A stretch of 64,000 bases of DNA from Lentisphaerota bacterium (GTDB lineage Bacteria; Verrucomicrobiota; Lentisphaeria; Victivallales; UBA1829): contig SUVR01000005.1 in NCBI GenBank assembly GCA_015061915.1, positions 101,596-165,595 of the forward strand, in the 5' to 3' direction. The position numbers were made by a program, and so were the translations under genes. The notes beneath the pieces were generated by a model. It was not told the origin of the DNA and ran no database searches. It worked only from the letters and a program-made list of their open reading frames with translations. This document shows, piece after piece, positions 8,973 through 18,266 of this stretch; the first letter of the stretch is position 1, and every line of letters begins with the position of its first letter.

Positions 8973-10757
8973 ATGATTCAACGCATGAACAATGTGCTGA
9001 TCAAACACAGCAAAATTCTTTTCGGGATCATTACGATCATCATCATCATCTCCTTCGTCTGGTTCTTTACGCCGGGCGCAGATGGTTCTCTGTTCTTTTC
9101 CCGCAACAGCAATGTGATTGCAAAAATCGGCAATGAAGAAGTCAAAGTCAGCGATGCGGAACGCGCTCAGAAAAGCACGATGCTCGCTCAGGCTTCTGCT
9201 CTCTACACCGTTTATGGGGAAAAGGCTTCCAACTTCATCGGGCGTATGAGCAGAATGGACGAAAATCAGATCCGCGTCCTTGCCACTACGCTGAAACTGG
9301 CAGAGCTGCGCGGGTTTGCTGTCTCTGATACGGAAGTGCTGGATGAGATCAAGAACGATCCGGCATTCAAGGACAACAATAAATTCTCTGCAGAAAAGTA
9401 CAAAGCGTTCATCAAGATTCTGGAAGGAGCCGGTTTCACTGTCGCTGATTATGAAAATGCCACAAGAGATGCTCTGCTGCTCCAGAAGTTCCGGAACAGC
9501 GCCTTCGATGGTGTTGTCGCTCCCACGGCAAGTGAAGTGGAAGCCGATCTGCTTCCGTTGCTGTTTACCTTCTCTTCAAAGGTCGTCACTGCGGATCAGG
9601 AAGCGTTCCTCAAGGCTGTGAAGACTCCTGCGGAAGACGAACTCAAGAAAGAATACGAAAGCGCAAAAGAAACCTATATGAGCCTGCCTGCTTCCGATGC
9701 CACGGTCTACTTTGTCAATCACAAAGATGTGAAGGTGGCAGATCTGGAAAAACAGGTCGAAGAAATGTATAAGTCCTTCGCTGCCAATAATAAGAAAGAA
9801 CAGACTGCAGAAGAAGTCAAGAAGGCGAAAGATAATCTGCGTGCCGGCATTGTGGCGGAAGAAGCCCGTAAACTGCTGGCGGCGGTCGTGAAAGAAGCCG
9901 GGGAAAAGCCCACCGCAGAAATGCTGAAAGCGGCAGCTGCAAAGAAGGGGGTCAAACTGCAGTCCACCACGATGACCGGCGTCACCCTTGAAACTGCTCC
10001 CTCTGCACTGGCGGATCAGGGATTGATTTTCAGCATTTGCATGATTCCGGAAGTCAATGGTATTTCCCAGGTCGTCAGCAACAAGGATTCTGCAGCTTTT
10101 GCACTGTTGACCAAACGTTCTGAAGCGGAACAGCTGACTTTTGAAGCCGCGAAGAAAACCGTTGCAGACCGCCTGACCCGCAAACTGGCGAACCAGAAGA
10201 TCTCCGAGGCGCTTGCTGCGCTCCGTGCGGATATCGTCAATGGCACCGTCAAGCTGGATCAGATCGATGCAGCAGCAAAGAAACTCGGTCTGACTGTTTC
10301 CGAAGAAACGAAAAATACTGACAGCAATGCCGTCATGTTCCATCAGGCGTTTACCATGGCGCAGCAGTTTATGATGCAGCTGCAGGAAATCCAGAACGCA
10401 GCTCAGATGGGCGATCAGCAGAGACTTGCAGAACTTGTGCCGGCTGGAATGGATATCAATGGATATGCCGCCATGCTGCAGAATTATGCTGTGCGCAGCT
10501 TTGAATCGCTGAACGAGTACCACAAGCAGAAAGTCGGTTATGTGTCCCCGGCTGTGAGCAATGCTTTCCGGGTCATCACCAAGGCGGAATCGGCAGATAT
10601 GAAACAGGATTTGTTCAAGGCGCATGAATCCTACCTGCTGATGCGTAAGAGAGAAGCTGCATTCCAGAATTGGCAGGAATGGTATCAGAAAGAGATCATG
10701 GCTGCAGTCGGACCGTACATCCAGCAGCAGGAACAGCCTGCGCCTGCCGCAGAGTAA
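8973..10757 (+). CDS. PpiD/SurA-N-like membrane-anchored periplasmic chaperone; no clear parvulin signature seen
   Basis: 594 aa with an N-terminal TM anchor (ILFGIITIIIIISFVWFF) followed by a long helical K/A/E-rich periplasmic region, as in PpiD-family proteins. Confidence 0.55.
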   Translation: MIQRMNNVLIKHSKILFGIITIIIIISFVWFFTPGADGSLFFSRNSNVIAKIGNEEVKVSDAERAQKSTMLAQASALYTVYGEKASNFIGRMSRMDENQIRVLATTLKLAELRGFAVSDTEVLDEIKNDPAFKDNNKFSAEKYKAFIKILEGAGFTVADYENATRDALLLQKFRNSAFDGVVAPTASEVEADLLPLLFTFSSKVVTADQEAFLKAVKTPAEDELKKEYESAKETYMSLPASDATVYFVNHKDVKVADLEKQVEEMYKSFAANNKKEQTAEEVKKAKDNLRAGIVAEEARKLLAAVVKEAGEKPTAEMLKAAAAKKGVKLQSTTMTGVTLETAPSALADQGLIFSICMIPEVNGISQVVSNKDSAAFALLTKRSEAEQLTFEAAKKTVADRLTRKLANQKISEALAALRADIVNGTVKLDQIDAAAKKLGLTVSEETKNTDSNAVMFHQAFTMAQQFMMQLQEIQNAAQMGDQQRLAELVPAGMDINGYAAMLQNYAVRSFESLNEYHKQKVGYVSPAVSNAFRVITKAESADMKQDLFKAHESYLLMRKREAAFQNWQEWYQKEIMAAVGPYIQQQEQPAPAAE

Positions 10758-10780
10758 AAATACTGAAAAGTCTTTTTGAG

Positions 10781-10810
10781 GTCTGTATCCCAGGGTACAG
10801 ACCTTTTTTC
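10781..10810 (+). terminator. Intrinsic terminator after the PpiD-like gene
   Basis: GGTCTGTAtcccagggTACAGACC hairpin followed by TTTTTT. It lies upstream of the ispF ATG at 10821. Confidence 0.6.
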
Positions 10811-10820
10811 GGAGTGTTTT

Positions 10821-11306
10821 ATGGAACTTCCATTCAGAATCGGATCCGGTTATGATTCCCACCGGTTTGTGCCGGGAAGAAGGCTTGTCCTTTGCGGACA
10901 GGTGATCGAACATTCTGCCGGTCTGCTGGGACACAGCGATGCCGATGCACCGGTTCATGCTCTGATTGATGCCATTCTCGGAGCGTTGGCAATGGGGGAT
11001 ATCGGCAGACTTTTTCCCGATAGCGATCCCTCATTCAAGGATGCAGAGAGTATGGCTCTGCTGCGGAATGTGATGAGCCGGATCCGGGACTGGCAGATCG
11101 GTAATGCTGACCTGACAATTATCACTGAGATGCCGAAACTGGCTCCCTTTATGGACGCAATGCGTCAAAATCTGGCAGATGCTCTGCAAACAGATATTCA
11201 AAATATTTCCATCAAAGCCAAAACGGCAGAAAAACTCGGTCCCGTCGGGGCAGGGGAGGCGCTCGAAGCTTATGCCGCTGTTCTTATGGTAAGGAAAGAA
11301 AAATGA
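10821..11306 (+). CDS. ispF: 2-C-methyl-D-erythritol 2,4-cyclodiphosphate synthase
   Basis: MELPFRIGSGYDSHRF...GHSDADAPVHALIDAILGA...GDIG..FPD are canonical IspF motifs. Start at 10821 chosen because the track start at 10776 lies across the preceding terminator. Confidence 0.9.
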   Translation: MELPFRIGSGYDSHRFVPGRRLVLCGQVIEHSAGLLGHSDADAPVHALIDAILGALAMGDIGRLFPDSDPSFKDAESMALLRNVMSRIRDWQIGNADLTIITEMPKLAPFMDAMRQNLADALQTDIQNISIKAKTAEKLGPVGAGEALEAYAAVLMVRKEK

Positions 11307-12619
11307 GTAAAGAGCAAATACAGTTTGTCGATACTTTATCCGACAGCGAACGGAAACGGTTCCGGCTGCTTGGTATTGCGTCCACCTGGTTCGGGTGCTT
11401 TGGCGATATCCTGGTCGATAACTCCGCCATTATGATCCTCTTCTTCCTTGCGCTGGAAAGCAGCGAAACCCTGACAATGTTTCAGACATCGCTGAGCGGG
11501 ATCGCTTTTCTGATCCTGCTGGTTCCTGCCTCGTTTCTGGTGGCAAAATTCGGCTGCAAACCGGTGGTGCGGGCGTCCTGCCTGATCTCGCTGGTCTCGT
11601 TTATCCTGATGTCCTTTGCTCCATGGCTCGGTGTAGCAGGGAAGTACTGGACTGCGTTCTGGTGTTTCGTTTACGCCTTCTCACGGGTCCTGTGGAGCGG
11701 CTCCTGGTTCCCGTTGCTGACCTATATTCTCAAACCGGAAGAACGGGGAAAATTCTTCGGAATGATGCGCTTTTCTTATTATGTTATCACCGGAACTGTT
11801 TTCTTTCTGCTGGGGCTTTTTATGGGAGAAAAACCGCCGGTCCTGTTCCTGCAGATCGTTCTCTTTGTGGTGGGGCTTCTCGCCTGGGGACGCTGGCTTT
11901 GCATAAAACAGATCCGTTTGCCGGAGCAGGGCGAAGCCCAGACCAGCGGTGCCAATATGAAAACGGCGTTCCTGACATCCCTGCGCAATGCTCCCCTGGT
12001 GATGTTCAGTGTGTATATCTGCTTTTCTATGGCGGCATTCGGCGGGCTGACTCCACTTGTGCTGCTTTATGTGAAGGAGGGACTCCATTTCGGCGATGGC
12101 ACAACGCAGCTGCTTTCTACCGTTACGATCGTTGGATGTGCCATTGGTTATCTGGTCTTCCCCGTTATCCTGAAAAAGTTTGGAATGCGCACCCTGCAGC
12201 TGTTCGCTCATATACTTTTTATCCTGCTTCCCGCAGCTCTGTTTTTCTGCGGTAAGGATGTGCCGTATCTGTTCTATATCCTTTCGGTGCTGCTGTTTCT
12301 CTGCAATTTTGTGTGGGCTGTTTTTTATGCGGGGGCATCCAGCGAAATGCTTGCTCTTGCCAGACCGGGAAATGCAACCATGGCAACAGCTTTCAGCCAG
12401 ACGTATCTGCAGTTCGGTCTGGCTGCCGGAAGAATTGCCAGCAGTCTGTTGCTGGGGGGCGGACTCCTGGCGGTCCATTGGGATTTTCATGGATTGAGTA
12501 TCAGTAATTACCAGTCTATTTTTCTGATCGCCGCCGGTTTTGCAACATTCTGCCTGACTCTGATCTTCTGTCTGCCCAGTGTGGTCCCCAGACACGATGA
12601 AGATTATTACAATCCCTGA
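11303..12619 (+). CDS. MFS transporter
   Basis: 438 aa, about 12 TM in a 6+6 arrangement. ATGA overlap with the ispF stop (11303-11306). Confidence 0.75.
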   Translation: MSKEQIQFVDTLSDSERKRFRLLGIASTWFGCFGDILVDNSAIMILFFLALESSETLTMFQTSLSGIAFLILLVPASFLVAKFGCKPVVRASCLISLVSFILMSFAPWLGVAGKYWTAFWCFVYAFSRVLWSGSWFPLLTYILKPEERGKFFGMMRFSYYVITGTVFFLLGLFMGEKPPVLFLQIVLFVVGLLAWGRWLCIKQIRLPEQGEAQTSGANMKTAFLTSLRNAPLVMFSVYICFSMAAFGGLTPLVLLYVKEGLHFGDGTTQLLSTVTIVGCAIGYLVFPVILKKFGMRTLQLFAHILFILLPAALFFCGKDVPYLFYILSVLLFLCNFVWAVFYAGASSEMLALARPGNATMATAFSQTYLQFGLAAGRIASSLLLGGGLLAVHWDFHGLSISNYQSIFLIAAGFATFCLTLIFCLPSVVPRHDEDYYNP

Positions 12620-12627
12620 TTCCTGCC

Positions 12628-13096
12628 TGTTCTCTCTGAGTCGTCCGAATTGCCGGCAAACAACTCTTTCCGTGCTGCCAGTTCACAGGATTATACCGGG
12701 AATACCGGGAAGCACCTCTCAGTTCTCTCTGTCCGAATCGCTGGCAAATAAATCCCCCCGTGCCGCGATGAAACGAAGTTGAGTCGGGCGGCACAATGAA
12801 AACACACCTTTGGGGTGAAACAAAATCCCCCGTGCCGCGAACAAGCGCAGCGCAGTTGGGCGGCACAATGAAAAGGGTGCTTTACACCCCGAACCTTTTG
12901 GCGTGGCAAATAGATCTTCCCGTGCCGCGAACAAGCGCAGCGCAGTTGGGCGGCACAAGTAAGAGGGCGCTTTGCGCCCCCTGTTTTTGACGGCTCCCCC
13001 TTACCCCCATACTGCGATCAGTCGCCCGTCAAAAACAGACCCGTCCGGATCACCGGGGAACGTTTCCCCGGCGACATTAAGGTACGGCGCGTCAAA
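12628..13096. repeat. Cluster of palindromic repeats (REP/BIME-like) plus a ~150-bp structured unit, copy A
   Basis: Three hairpin repeats GTGCCGCG-N19-CGGGCGGCAC at 12760-12794, 12832-12865 and 12922-12955 (the last two identical). Small hairpins lie between them. Two ~30-bp direct repeats GTTCTCTCTG..GTCCGAATyGCyGGCAAA sit at 12628-12663 and 12721-12751. The unit at 12945-13096 matches 35252-35403 in inverted orientation. Confidence 0.9.
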
Positions 13097-13122
13097 GAAT
13101 ATCGGTAGAAAATCAGAAGAAA

Positions 13123-14463
13123 TCAGGAAACAAGTACCGTGTAATACTTCTTGATTTTGCAGTTTTTCAGCTGCGTAACTGCAGTAGCCAGATCTTTTTC
13201 CCGGGTGCGTCCGGTTTGAACCATCAGGATCACGGAATCTGCCACATCGTCCAGGAGAGAGACAGCGGGTGTGTCGACAGCCCCCGGCACAGCGATCAGG
13301 ATCGTGCTGTACTGCAGTCGCAGATCTGCCATCAGATCCCGGAATACTTTACTGTTCAACTGCGTTGTTGTGAGCATCCGGTTGCTTCCGCTTGAAATGG
13401 TGGAACCGCCATCTTTTTTCTGCAGGATTTCCTCCAGTCCGTTTCTGCCCTCAATAAAGTCTGCAATTCCGGCGGAGCCATCGCCGGATGCAAGGTCGAT
13501 CAGCAGGGTATTGTGTCCCAATGCGGAAAAGCCCTGAAACAGCGGGCGGATCAGACCGGGATGGTACTCTGCTGCGGTGGGAACCGTTCCGACGAGGACC
13601 TGTCCTGCCGCCGGATCTTTTTCCAACATTCTGCAGCAAAGTTCCGCAGATTCCCGGACCATTGTTTTTCTTTTACGCAGGACCGTGATCAGGGGCTGTT
13701 CGCCCAACGTGTTTTTGATGTCCTGTTCGTTTAGGACCTCAGAACGGCGCAGGAATATGATCAATGCGATCAGCCACAGGAAGCCGGCAGCGGCAACGGC
13801 AAGGAAGACCACCAGTTTGAGATTGATCTTTTTGCCTTGCGTCGTGATAGCAACCGGTTCCTTGCTGTCAATGATCCGGATATTTTTGAACCCGAGAAGT
13901 TCCTGAGATGCCTGCTCAAACTGCTGCAATACCGTGGCGGTGATCTGTTCCGCTTCCGCTTTTCCTGCCGTTTCGACCGTAATCTCAAGGAAGCGGGAAT
14001 TTTCCTGCTGTTTCCTGTTTACGGCAACAACGATTTGAGAGGAAAGTGTGTAATCGGGAATTGCACAGCTGTATGTTTGTTGATAGGCGTTTTTGACCTT
14101 GTCTGCAAACATTTTTGAGTCCAGCATAATTCTGTAATCAGCCATAAATGCATTACGGTTGTGAAGTTCATAGTAGCGCGCTCTGGTTGCATCATCCTGC
14201 TCAGAATCAAAGGCGACCCGGACAATCTTGTAGGCAGGTGTCGGGGCGCTTCCTTCTGCCGGTTCAGTTTTTGAGTCATGCTCGTTCAGCGCAATAAAGA
14301 CGGTTGATGTCTGCCGGTAGTTTGTTTGCTGCTTACCTGTTTTGCTCTTCTGGAACAGATAAGCCGCCGCAGCCGCAACAAGTGCAACAATGATACACCA
14401 GATCAGACTTTTTCTGGTAATATGAGCAAGAAATGCACCATCAATATCTTCAATTTTTTTCAT
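13123..14463 (-). CDS. Polysaccharide co-polymerase (Wzz-like) fused to a BY-kinase-like domain with degenerate Walker motifs
   Basis: TM - ~190-aa ectodomain - TM (LKLVVFLAVAAAGFLWLIALIIFL), then a CpsD/CapB-like region (..NTLLIDLASGDG.., ..STILIAVPG..) that lacks GK[ST]. Ends ..KKYYTVLVS. Start at 14463 (MKKIEDID) preferred over the track start at 14520, which overlaps the upstream gene. Confidence 0.65.
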   Translation of the reverse strand: MKKIEDIDGAFLAHITRKSLIWCIIVALVAAAAAYLFQKSKTGKQQTNYRQTSTVFIALNEHDSKTEPAEGSAPTPAYKIVRVAFDSEQDDATRARYYELHNRNAFMADYRIMLDSKMFADKVKNAYQQTYSCAIPDYTLSSQIVVAVNRKQQENSRFLEITVETAGKAEAEQITATVLQQFEQASQELLGFKNIRIIDSKEPVAITTQGKKINLKLVVFLAVAAAGFLWLIALIIFLRRSEVLNEQDIKNTLGEQPLITVLRKRKTMVRESAELCCRMLEKDPAAGQVLVGTVPTAAEYHPGLIRPLFQGFSALGHNTLLIDLASGDGSAGIADFIEGRNGLEEILQKKDGGSTISSGSNRMLTTTQLNSKVFRDLMADLRLQYSTILIAVPGAVDTPAVSLLDDVADSVILMVQTGRTREKDLATAVTQLKNCKIKKYYTVLVS

Positions 14464-14488
14464 CGGAAAGTATCCTTTCGTTAATTGA

Positions 14489-15247
14489 TTATCTGATTGT
14501 GTACCGGTAAACCCGGACAACTTTCTTTTTTCTTCGGTTGATATATTCCTGTCCCAGAAATTTCCAACGCTGATCCGAACGATTGTTGTTTTTCAGCTGG
14601 ATCGGTTCTGTACCGCTCTGTTCTCTTGTAACAAAAATGAGAATATCTGTTCTGTTCCGGTTCCTTGCAATGTGCGAATAAATCTTTTTATCGATCGGAA
14701 TTTGATCCGGTGATCCCAGACGCAGACCGGGTGTGACCGGAAGTTTCGTGTAGTAACGATACTGGGCACTTCTATCGTCCTCTGTCAGGATCAATATCCT
14801 TTTCCCCTTGTTTTCGCTCTGTTCCTGTAAAACAAGATTTGATACCTGCTTTACAAAGTGATAGGGGGAGAGCCGGACCGCTTTGCAGAAGCAGGCGATA
14901 CACAAACCGCCGACCAGTGCATAAGGGAGAAAACGCCATATTTTTTCGGGGATGTATTTTTTGAACAGAGGTGCGATCAGGTCGGAAAACTTGAAACACG
15001 CATAAACAGAAGCGATCACTGCCGGATAAAGCAGAATTTCAGCATAACGGGAAGAAATAATCTGGATCGCGATCCGCCAGATAAGCATATAAAGCAGCAT
15101 TCCGGCAATGAGCCAGTAGAATTTTCCAAACGGGCGCTTCGCATAAAAAACAGCCGCAGCCAGGATACCGAGAAGTCCGGCAACCGCAATGGGTTCATAC
15201 AGGATCTGGGGGATCTCTTTCAAGAAAATTTCAAGAAAATCGTTCAT
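14489..15247 (-). CDS. Membrane protein; probable C-terminal half of a split GT-C (ArnT/PMT_2-like) glycosyltransferase
   Basis: 252 aa with about 4 TM and a ~130-aa soluble C-terminal domain. ATGA overlap with the upstream GT-C N-terminal-half ORF. Confidence 0.45.
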   Translation of the reverse strand: MNDFLEIFLKEIPQILYEPIAVAGLLGILAAAVFYAKRPFGKFYWLIAGMLLYMLIWRIAIQIISSRYAEILLYPAVIASVYACFKFSDLIAPLFKKYIPEKIWRFLPYALVGGLCIACFCKAVRLSPYHFVKQVSNLVLQEQSENKGKRILILTEDDRSAQYRYYTKLPVTPGLRLGSPDQIPIDKKIYSHIARNRNRTDILIFVTREQSGTEPIQLKNNNRSDQRWKFLGQEYINRRKKKVVRVYRYTIR

Positions 15248-16029
15248 TGAAAAACTCCGGTTTTATCCTGCAGAAGCTCATACTTGTCTTCGTAGTAGGT
15301 CTGATATTGCTTTTTTACATATTCCGTTGTGCCGGAGACGGAAAGCAGCAGAAAAAGGACCGCACAGAGTGTGATTGAAAAAATACCGCAATGCAGGACC
15401 TGTTTCAGGCGTTCGTTTTTCCGGATGATCAGAAGAATCAGAAAATAAAGACCGAAAACCGGGATCATTTCAAGGGTTTCATAGCGGATCAGGAAGGAAA
15501 CCGAAAAACATCCTCCGGCAGCCAGCCAATAATACCAGCGGTTCCGCCGGATGGCGCAGCTGGTGAAAAACAGCAGCAGTCCGCAAAAAAGCAGATAAGG
15601 CATATCCCGCTGGGCTTCTACCGCCAAATCAATGACAACCGGATTGAATGCAAGCAGAACAGCGGAACACAGTGCAATTTTTCTGTTTTCTGTGACTTCA
15701 TTCGCAATGCCGAAAATGATCAGGGGGAGAAAACAGGCAAACACCATATTCATCCCGACTGCAGCAGATTCGGCGGGGATGCCGCAATCAACCAGCAGCT
15801 TCCCCAAAAACAGGCTCAAAGGCGGGAACCAGAAATTCGGCTGTGCTTTGAGTACCCCCTCAATCGAACCGGTGTCATGCCAGGTTTGAATGATCCTGAT
15901 GTAATGTACACTGTCCCTGCCCAGAGTGGGGTCGCAAATCCGGTGATAAACAGAAAGAGAAAGAAGAACGAGGACGGAACAGGTCAGAACCAGAATTTCA
16001 AGCCAATGTTTACTCAGAAAGTTTTTCAT
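15244..16029 (-). CDS. GT-C fold glycosyltransferase (ArnT/PMT_2-like), N-terminal half
   Basis: 261 aa. First-loop GRDSVHY (DE/DxxY-type), then FPPLSLFLGKLL and ..LLAFNPVVIDLAVEAQRDMPYLLF.. follow the PMT_2/ArnT consensus layout. It stops after about 8 TM. Confidence 0.6.
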   Translation of the reverse strand: MKNFLSKHWLEILVLTCSVLVLLSLSVYHRICDPTLGRDSVHYIRIIQTWHDTGSIEGVLKAQPNFWFPPLSLFLGKLLVDCGIPAESAAVGMNMVFACFLPLIIFGIANEVTENRKIALCSAVLLAFNPVVIDLAVEAQRDMPYLLFCGLLLFFTSCAIRRNRWYYWLAAGGCFSVSFLIRYETLEMIPVFGLYFLILLIIRKNERLKQVLHCGIFSITLCAVLFLLLSVSGTTEYVKKQYQTYYEDKYELLQDKTGVFQ

Positions 16030-17466
16030 TTACCGGGCGCCCTTCCGGAGTAGTACGATCAATACAGTCTTGAAGAAAATGTAATAATCCAGCCAGATGG
16101 ACCAGTTTACGATATAGTAGGAATCCAGCACTACCCGATAGGAATATTCGGTATCATTCCTGCCGGAAACCTGCCACAAACCCGTGATCCCCGGCTTGAC
16201 CCGTTTCCGGATTTCGTATGTCTCGCCATAATAGTGAACTTCCCCCTCAACAATGGGACGGGGACCGATGATCGACATCTCACCGGTCAATACGTTCCAG
16301 AATTGCGGCAGTTCATCCAGAGACGTTTTGCGCAGAAAATTACCGATCGGTGTGATGCGCGGATCATTCTGCAGTTTGAAATCTTTTTCCCATTCTTTTC
16401 TGATTTCCGGATCGCCGGCAAGCATCCTTTCCAGACGGGCATCAGCATCCGCATACATTGTCCGGAACTTTAAAACTCCGATCTTTTTACCGTTTTTTCC
16501 CAACCGCCAGGAGCGGTAAAATATCGGTCCGGGACTGGACAACTTTACGCACAATGCAAGAACCAGAAAAACCGGAAACAGTACAATGATCGCAGAAAAA
16601 GACATAAGTACTTCAAGACAGAATTTGAGAACTCTTGGAACAGGCTGCAATAATTTGTTGCGGACTTCAAAACCGCTGAAAACCCCGATCGATATGGGAG
16701 ACAGCCACGAAATTGGAAATATCGTACTCGCCGGGACAAAAAGAATATGCTTGAAGTAGGCGGAATACTGCTGGAAAGTACGCATGGCAACCTGAACCGG
16801 AAGACAGCAGATCACATAGTTGATACTCCATTCTTTTGCAATGTTGTGAGCGGCAGTCAACTCGCCGACAACCGGAATTCCGGAGATGTTCCGGTTTTGC
16901 TTTTCGGGATCATCATCCAGAAAACCGACAACCCGGAAGCCGTAGTAGCTGTTGGCAGAAAGTTCTTTTGCGATTGCGATACCGGTCTTTCTGGCACCGG
17001 CAATGAGAACATTGATCTCGCCGAATTTCAGGAATTTCATGATCCTTCTGGCAATTGCACGTGCCATTGGTAAAACAATGATCGTTACCGCCATGGAAAA
17101 TGCCAGAACAATACGGGAATAAATCTCGGCATGGCGATTGAAAAGCAGCCAGGCAAACAGCACAAAATAGGTCGTTGCCACCGAATAGAACAGATGCTCG
17201 ATCTCCGTGATCTTGTTCAGCCCGGCTCCGGGATAGAACACATTGCCGTGATAGCAGCGGAAAATAATGTTGCAAAAAATCAGAACGCCGACAAACGGAA
17301 GCAGAGGCAGATAATCAGAAATCAGATAGCGTCCGAACCCGATAAAACGGTACAGCCACAGCAGAAACAGCACAACGGAAACTGATGTTACAACATCCGT
17401 CAGCAGCAGAAGTAATATTCTGCACCGCAAACCGCTGATTTTTTTCGGGGGAGCGTGATTTTTCAT
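16030..17466 (-). CDS. Polyprenyl-phosphate sugar phosphotransferase (WbaP-like initiating transferase)
   Basis: 478 aa. N-terminal TMs, central Rossmann-like region, and the C-terminal bacterial sugar transferase domain (DELPQFWNVLTGEMSIIGPRP...GITGLWQVSGRN). Confidence 0.9.
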   Translation of the reverse strand: MKNHAPPKKISGLRCRILLLLLTDVVTSVSVVLFLLWLYRFIGFGRYLISDYLPLLPFVGVLIFCNIIFRCYHGNVFYPGAGLNKITEIEHLFYSVATTYFVLFAWLLFNRHAEIYSRIVLAFSMAVTIIVLPMARAIARRIMKFLKFGEINVLIAGARKTGIAIAKELSANSYYGFRVVGFLDDDPEKQNRNISGIPVVGELTAAHNIAKEWSINYVICCLPVQVAMRTFQQYSAYFKHILFVPASTIFPISWLSPISIGVFSGFEVRNKLLQPVPRVLKFCLEVLMSFSAIIVLFPVFLVLALCVKLSSPGPIFYRSWRLGKNGKKIGVLKFRTMYADADARLERMLAGDPEIRKEWEKDFKLQNDPRITPIGNFLRKTSLDELPQFWNVLTGEMSIIGPRPIVEGEVHYYGETYEIRKRVKPGITGLWQVSGRNDTEYSYRVVLDSYYIVNWSIWLDYYIFFKTVLIVLLRKGAR

Positions 17467-17475
17467 TGGCAGACC

Positions 17476-18255
17476 TCAATGTTTTCCGAACAGTCGTTTG
17501 CTGTCATAGAACTTGAAGAGCCCCGCTATTCCCCAATATGCCGTATTGAAAAGACTGCGGAGTATCCCGAGTCCCAGATGTTTACGATAGAATTGATACT
17601 GGATCCGGATCAGTTTGGATTTCTTCCCTGTTGTAGATTGTGTGAAAATCCGGTAACTTGCCAGAACCTCCGGATTGCCGTATGCGATTCCGGTGTTTTT
17701 CATAATATCGACCCAGTACGCATAGTCATCCCGCAAACTCTTCAATTCTTCCCGCAGGTAGATCTTCCCATATTTTGAAGTGTCATAGACTCCGGTCATG
17801 CACTGGATGTGATTGGTGATCAGCATCTGTTTGTAGGTGACCTGCGGTCTGCAGATGAAGGGTCTCAGAATCTCATTGCCCCGTTCATTGATCCGTTTGA
17901 AGGAGGAATAAACCAGCAGTGCGTTCTTTTCTTCCATAAACTTCAGCTGCTTTTCGAGAAACGCCGGTTCCCAGAGATCGTCTGCATCCAGAAGGACGAT
18001 ATATCTGCCTTTTGCCTGCCGGATCCCGTTGTTGCGGGCTGCGGAAGAACCGGCATTTTCCTGCCGGATGGGGATAATGCGGGAATCTTTATCCGCATAT
18101 CTTTTCAGAATTTCGGGGGTGCTGTCCTTCGATCCGTCATCAATGACCAGCAGTTCCCAGTGGGGATAGGTTTGACTCAAAACGGAATCCAGTGTCTCAG
18201 TTATGAAACGCTCTGCATTGTATGCCGGTGTTATAATTGAGACCAGTCCGTTCAT
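17476..18255 (-). CDS. Family 2 glycosyltransferase
   Basis: VSIITPAYNAERFITETLDSVLSQTY..WELLVIDDGSKDST and ..LDADD.. are classic GT2 motifs. Confidence 0.9.
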   Translation of the reverse strand: MNGLVSIITPAYNAERFITETLDSVLSQTYPHWELLVIDDGSKDSTPEILKRYADKDSRIIPIRQENAGSSAARNNGIRQAKGRYIVLLDADDLWEPAFLEKQLKFMEEKNALLVYSSFKRINERGNEILRPFICRPQVTYKQMLITNHIQCMTGVYDTSKYGKIYLREELKSLRDDYAYWVDIMKNTGIAYGNPEVLASYRIFTQSTTGKKSKLIRIQYQFYRKHLGLGILRSLFNTAYWGIAGLFKFYDSKRLFGKH

Positions 18256-18266
18256 ATTTCAACCTT

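Noticed and set aside
12760-12955. Regularly spaced ~35-nt palindromic repeats that superficially resemble a CRISPR array
   Set aside because: There are only three units with unequal spacing. The 'spacers' are themselves short hairpins, and one recurs at the second locus (35426-35465). The repeat loops vary while the stems are conserved. No cas genes or leader are present. The cluster behaves like REP/BIME-type extragenic palindromes.
12691-12990. Track ORFs inside the repeat cluster (for example 12719-12958, giving CRPTALRLFAAR.. twice) and the matching ORFs at 35338-35702
   Set aside because: The repetitive peptide sequence is simply the translated DNA repeats. These ORFs have no RBS or start context, and the equivalent ORFs appear on the opposite strand at the inverted copy.
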